Below are positions 58,116-64,000 of a stretch of 64,000 nt of DNA, in pieces; within the stretch, counting starts at the first letter, position 1, and every line of letters starts with the position of its first letter. The position numbers and the translations under genes are program-made. The notes beneath the pieces were generated by a model that worked only from the letters and a program-made list of their open reading frames with translations, did no database searches and had not been told where the DNA came from. The DNA comes from Marinicella sp. Lineage in GTDB: Bacteria > Pseudomonadota > Gammaproteobacteria > Xanthomonadales > Marinicellaceae. Where the stretch lies: assembly GCA_965230295.1 (NCBI GenBank), contig OZ246001.1, positions 1,920,001 through 1,984,000 on the forward strand, read 5' to 3'.

Positions 58116-59663
58116 ATGCAAACGACATTGAATCCATCAGAAATCAGTGAACTGATTAAAGATCGAATTAAGGACTTTAAAGTTCAGTCAGAGGCCCGTA
58201 CAGAAGGTACTGTAGTCAGTACTTCAGACGGTATTGTACGTATCCACGGCTTAGCCGATGCGATGCAAGGCGAAATGATCGAATTACCAGGTGACACCTA
58301 TGCTTTGGCATTGAACTTGGAAAGGGATTCGGTTGGTGCGGTGATCTTGGGTGATTACGGCCACATCTCTGAAGGAGATAAAGCCAAATGTACCGGTCGT
58401 ATTCTTGAAGTGCCTGTAGGACCTGAATTGATTGGTCGTGTGGTTGACTCTTTGGGTAACCCCATTGACGGTAACGGTCCCATCGAAGCCAAAATGACTT
58501 CTCCGATTGAGAAAATTGCACCGGGTGTGATCGATCGTCAATCAGTTGACCAGCCTGTACAAACCGGTTTGAAATCAATTGATGCCATGGTGCCCATTGG
58601 ACGTGGACAACGTGAGCTGATCATTGGTGACAGACAAACCGGTAAAACGGCTGTGGCCATTGATGCGATCATCAACCAAAAAGGTACTGGCGTCATCTGT
58701 ATTTATGTGGCTGTTGGCCAAAAACGTTCTTCTGTTGCGGCGATGGTTCGTAAACTGGAAGAGCACGATGCCATGGGTCACACCATCATCGTTGCAGCGA
58801 CCGCTTCTGATTCTGCTGCGATGCAATACATTGCACCTTACTCTGGTTGTGCCATGGGTGAGTACTACAGGGACCGTGGTGAAGATGGTTTGATCATTTA
58901 TGATGATTTGACCAAACAAGCATGGGCTTACCGTCAGGTGTCTCTGTTGTTGAAACGTCCTCCAGGTCGTGAAGCCTATCCTGGTGATGTATTCTACTTA
59001 CATTCACGTTTGTTGGAACGTGCAGCACGTGTTAATGCTGATTATGTTGAACGATTCACCAACGGTGAAGTGAAAGGTAAAACCGGTTCTTTGACTGCTT
59101 TACCGATCATTGAGACCCAAGCGGGTGACGTATCGGCATTCGTACCAACCAACGTTATTTCGATTACAGATGGTCAGATCTTCCTGGGAACTGACTTATT
59201 CAACTCAGGTATTCGTCCTGCGATTGATGCTGGTTTGTCAGTATCTCGTGTGGGTGGCGCCGCTCAGACCAAAGTCGTTAAGAAATTGGGTGGTGGTGTT
59301 CGTTTGGCCTTGGCTCAATACCGTGAGTTGGCAGCATTCGCTCAGTTTGCTTCAGATTTGGATGAAGCCACCCGTGCTCAGTTAGAGCGTGGTCAACGTG
59401 TAACCGAGTTGATGAAACAAAAACAATATGCTCCGATGAGTGTGGCTGAAATGGCCTTGTCTTTGTATGCGATTGATCGTGGTTACATGGACGATGTTGA
59501 GATGAACAAGATTGGTGCTTTTGAAGGTGCCTTGATCGATCACATGAACAGCACCCAATCTGCATTCATGAACGAATTGAATGAATCAGGTGATTTTAAT
59601 GAAGAAATCGAAGGCAAGCTGAAAGCTGGCGTAGAAGACTTCAAAAAAACAGGCAGCTGGTAA
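58116..59663 (+). CDS. atpA: F0F1 ATP synthase subunit alpha
   Basis: GDRQTGKT and [21 protein letters not shown]. Confidence 0.99.
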   Translation: MQTTLNPSEISELIKDRIKDFKVQSEARTEGTVVSTSDGIVRIHGLADAMQGEMIELPGDTYALALNLERDSVGAVILGDYGHISEGDKAKCTGRILEVPVGPELIGRVVDSLGNPIDGNGPIEAKMTSPIEKIAPGVIDRQSVDQPVQTGLKSIDAMVPIGRGQRELIIGDRQTGKTAVAIDAIINQKGTGVICIYVAVGQKRSSVAAMVRKLEEHDAMGHTIIVAATASDSAAMQYIAPYSGCAMGEYYRDRGEDGLIIYDDLTKQAWAYRQVSLLLKRPPGREAYPGDVFYLHSRLLERAARVNADYVERFTNGEVKGKTGSLTALPIIETQAGDVSAFVPTNVISITDGQIFLGTDLFNSGIRPAIDAGLSVSRVGGAAQTKVVKKLGGGVRLALAQYRELAAFAQFASDLDEATRAQLERGQRVTELMKQKQYAPMSVAEMALSLYAIDRGYMDDVEMNKIGAFEGALIDHMNSTQSAFMNELNESGDFNEEIEGKLKAGVEDFKKTGSW

Positions 59664-59688
59664 ATCAACCCAATAACAGGTATTAACT

Positions 59689-60549
59689 ATGGCAGTCGGT
59701 AGTGAAATTGTAACCAAAATCAAAAGCGTCAAGTCCACCCGTAAGGTGACCACCGCTTTGGAAATGGTTTCAGCGAGTAAGATCAAGAAGGCACAGGATC
59801 AGATGAATGCCTCAAGACCTTACACGCGAAAAATTAAACAAATGATTGGTCACTTGGCCAAAGCAACACCCGAGTATAAGCACCCATTCATGAACGAACA
59901 AAAAGCGGATCGTGTGGGTTACATCATCATTTCTACAGACCGTGGATTGTGTGGCGGCTTGAACTCAGGTTTGTTCAAGAATGCAGTGATCCACATGCGT
60001 GATTGGGAAGCCAAAGGCGCCCAAATTGATGTGGTTACCATCGGTAACAAAGCAGCCAGTACTTTTAAAAACACCAATGTGAATTTCAAAGCCAACATAT
60101 CGGCTTTGGGAGACAAGCCTGAACTGGCGAAACTGATTGGTGTGGTTAAAGTGATGTTGGATGCTTATGCCAATGGTGAGTTGAGTCATGTATATTTGGT
60201 CTTCAATGACTTCATCAACACCATGACACAAAAGCCAACCATTGATCAGTTGTTGCCTTTGCCTGCTACAGATGAAGAGGAAATCTCAGACAACTGGGAT
60301 TACCTGTATGAGCCAGAAGCCAAAGATGTTTTGGATCAATTGATGAACCGTTACATTGAATCTTTGGTTTACCAAGGTGTTTTAGAGAATTTGGCCTCCG
60401 AGCACGCGGCCAGAATGGTGGCCATGAAATCAGCCTCTGACAATGCATCAGACCTGATCAAAGACTTGCAGTTGATTTACAACAAAGCAAGACAAGCAGC
60501 CATTACCCAAGAAATTTCAGAAATTGTCGGCGGCGCAGCCGCAGTATAG
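59689..60549 (+). CDS. atpG: F0F1 ATP synthase subunit gamma
   Basis: [16 protein letters not shown] and RQAAITQEI. Confidence 0.99.
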   Translation: MAVGSEIVTKIKSVKSTRKVTTALEMVSASKIKKAQDQMNASRPYTRKIKQMIGHLAKATPEYKHPFMNEQKADRVGYIIISTDRGLCGGLNSGLFKNAVIHMRDWEAKGAQIDVVTIGNKAASTFKNTNVNFKANISALGDKPELAKLIGVVKVMLDAYANGELSHVYLVFNDFINTMTQKPTIDQLLPLPATDEEEISDNWDYLYEPEAKDVLDQLMNRYIESLVYQGVLENLASEHAARMVAMKSASDNASDLIKDLQLIYNKARQAAITQEISEIVGGAAAV

Positions 60550-61977
<1,428 letters not shown>

Positions 61978-61988
61978 GGTAAATAATC

Positions 61989-62411
61989 ATGTCAACCATT
62001 AAGTGTGATATCGTCAGTGCAGAAAATGCCATCTATTCAGGTGAAGTGACCATGGTCATCGCCAGTGGTGTGGCCGGTGAATTGGGTATTGCCCCAAGAC
62101 ACGCGCCTTTGATCACACAGTTGAAACCAGGCCAGGTCCGGGTGCTGTTGGAAGACGGCTCAGAAGAGGACTTTTATGTGTCAGGTGGTATTTTAGAAGT
62201 ACAACCATACCTGGTTTCCGTGTTGGCCGACACCGCTTTGCGTGCCGATGACATCGACGAAGCGGCTGCCATCAAAGCCAAAGAAGAAGCCGAGGCTTTG
62301 TTGAAAGACAAAACCAAAAAGCAAGACTTGGCCATGGTACAAGCAGACCTCGCCAAAGCAGTGGCACAAATCCAAGCCATCACGCGTTTGAAGAAACAAC
62401 TCAAACGCTGA
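61989..62411 (+). CDS. atpC: F0F1 ATP synthase subunit epsilon
   Basis: DIVSAE, GELGIAPRHAPL and VSGGILEVQP. Confidence 0.98.
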   Translation: MSTIKCDIVSAENAIYSGEVTMVIASGVAGELGIAPRHAPLITQLKPGQVRVLLEDGSEEDFYVSGGILEVQPYLVSVLADTALRADDIDEAAAIKAKEEAEALLKDKTKKQDLAMVQADLAKAVAQIQAITRLKKQLKR

Positions 62412-62435
62412 TTGTTGGATTGCATTGAAAGCATC

Positions 62436-62465
62436 AAAAAGTCGACCTTTGGGTCGGCTTTTTTT
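62436..62465 (+). terminator. Rho-independent terminator of the atp operon
   Basis: AAAAAGTCGACC-tttg-GGTCGGCTTTTTTT. Confidence 0.9.
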
Positions 62466-62550
62466 GTGCTTTAAATTTTTTAAAAATATTAAATGTTACA
62501 ACAAGAATGGTATGTTAAGTATAATTAAAAAATAACACAATGGTATTACT

Positions 62551-63408
62551 ATGTCGGACGAAAAATCATTAATTAATTTGGGTGATTTAACTAAACCAGT
62601 AACAGTTTTAATTGAAAAAGTTTCAAATGCTATTGGTGTTTTATACGAGCCACGAAGAATTAAAAAGATAGGCCAAGCAAACGCTGCTGTTAAAAAGATT
62701 GAAGCTATTACAGAATTGGAAATTAGTGACCTTCAAAGAAGAGGGCTGGAAAGGATTGTTAATCAATCTGCAAGAAAACAAAACAATATTGAAAACATAA
62801 TATCAAATGCAATTGTTGATATTCCTGATGATGCTGAAACTGAAAAGATTGAGGAAGATTGGATAGCGCACTTTTTTGGAAAATGTGAGAATGTTTCTGA
62901 TAAAGAGATGCAATCACTTTGGTCTAGAATATTAGCTGGTGAAGCTCGAAAACCTCAAACATTTTCTAAAAAAACGTTAAATTTGGTAGCTTCTTTAGAT
63001 AAGTCTGATGCTGAACTATTTACTTCTTTATCTCGTTTTGTTTGGATGGTATCTGAGAAGCCTGTTCCAATATTTTTCGATACTGATCATGAGATTTATA
63101 TTGACAATAAAATTAGATTTATTGATTTAAAGCATTTAGATTATCTTGGCCTAATCTCATTTGATGCCACATCTGGATACAAGCTTGATGTAAAAGAAGG
63201 TAATAGATTAATGGGATATTTTAGTAGATCAATATTGATCAATTTTCAAAACTCTAAAAAAAATGAAATCCAATTAGGCAAAGTAATGCTAACCAAAGCC
63301 GGTGAAGAGCTTTTTAAAATATGTGCGGTGGAATACAATTCTGATTTTTATTTTTATGTCATACAAAAATTATTTGATCAAGGACTGTGTATTTCTTCAC
63401 GTTTGTAA
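62551..63408 (+). CDS. DUF2806-like protein, AT-rich and probably horizontally acquired
   Basis: KQNNIENI, EDWIAHFF, EMQSLWSRILAGE…FSKKTL and LTKAGEEL. Confidence 0.75.
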   Translation: MSDEKSLINLGDLTKPVTVLIEKVSNAIGVLYEPRRIKKIGQANAAVKKIEAITELEISDLQRRGLERIVNQSARKQNNIENIISNAIVDIPDDAETEKIEEDWIAHFFGKCENVSDKEMQSLWSRILAGEARKPQTFSKKTLNLVASLDKSDAELFTSLSRFVWMVSEKPVPIFFDTDHEIYIDNKIRFIDLKHLDYLGLISFDATSGYKLDVKEGNRLMGYFSRSILINFQNSKKNEIQLGKVMLTKAGEELFKICAVEYNSDFYFYVIQKLFDQGLCISSRL

Positions 63409-63479
63409 AAAAACCAAGTGTTTATCTTTATGGGTCATAAACATAAAGAGGTCAGTTCCCTTTTAATATAACTAAAGAG

Positions 63480-63991
63480 AATCAATCGAGTCAGAGGTGC
63501 TTGATTTATATTGTGTTGGGATTTTTGGCGATCAGCCTGACTCACAATTTATTATCGTTCGAATTGCCGGCGTAGGCCGGCATCCAGCCAGGTAGGTTGG
63601 GCTGAACAACGTGAAGCCCAACAGGGATCTGCAATTAAGGTTTGTTGTTGGGCTTCGCAAGCTCAGCACCAACCTACGTTAATAGCCAGACATCGTCAGA
63701 CCAGTTAAAGTCGGAATCAATGGGGTCAGAGTCATTAATCAGATAGTAACCACCATCAAAAAGGCGCTGGATCCCGGATCAATGACGATAGTAGAACAAT
63801 GTCATTGCGAGCGGAGCGTGGCAATCTCATGAACCTGTAAAATGTTTGGAGATTGCCGCGGTCGTTCCTCCCTCGCAATGACGGAAGCACAAAGGAATAA
63901 CTCCGTTATGTGTGGTGGGCTATTCCCTCCATATGTATTGTTTAAAACCTCAGTTCCGTCTTACCGGCGCAGGCCGGTATCCAGTGTCTTT
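63480..63991. repeat. Dense mosaic of REP-like repeats of several families
   Basis: AATCAAT..GTCAGA..GATT/TAAT units (63480, 63715), CGTC arms (63565, 63767, 63957), a GTAG doublet (63592-63677) and a GTCATTGCGAG/CTCGCAATGAC doublet (63800-63883). Confidence 0.85.
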
Positions 63992-64000
63992 TTACATTAT

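Overview
A 64-kb chromosomal window from a Gram-negative gammaproteobacterium. Gene order and protein style suggest a marine Xanthomonadales-like organism such as Marinicella, which is an inference. Core genes include slyD, envC-yibN-secB-gpsA, rmuC, an RND pump, pyrF, degQ, msrB, birA, lptM-dapF-DUF484-xerC and the complete atpIBEFHAGDC operon. Accessory content includes an ECF sigma/anti-sigma/two-HEAT-protein operon, runs of short co-oriented genes, large secreted proteins and two AT-rich islets (a frameshifted DUF262-HNH nuclease and a DUF2806 gene). The most notable non-genic signal is a set of palindromic repeats. (i) A 95-aa GIY-YIG nuclease gene is sandwiched between direct copies of a CGTC-type REP doublet. 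(ii) The same pair of REP arms occurs once 'empty' (about 22-bp spacer, 46976-47069) and once enclosing a 1.7-kb AT-rich DUF262-HNH cassette (35413-37206). (iii) A modular structured element, with a tandem-GA hairpin and a TTTCA..TGAA hairpin about 40 nt apart, recurs at four or five intergenic sites. No rRNA, tRNA, CRISPR array, transposase or integron integrase was seen. All product calls come from motif recognition without database searches.
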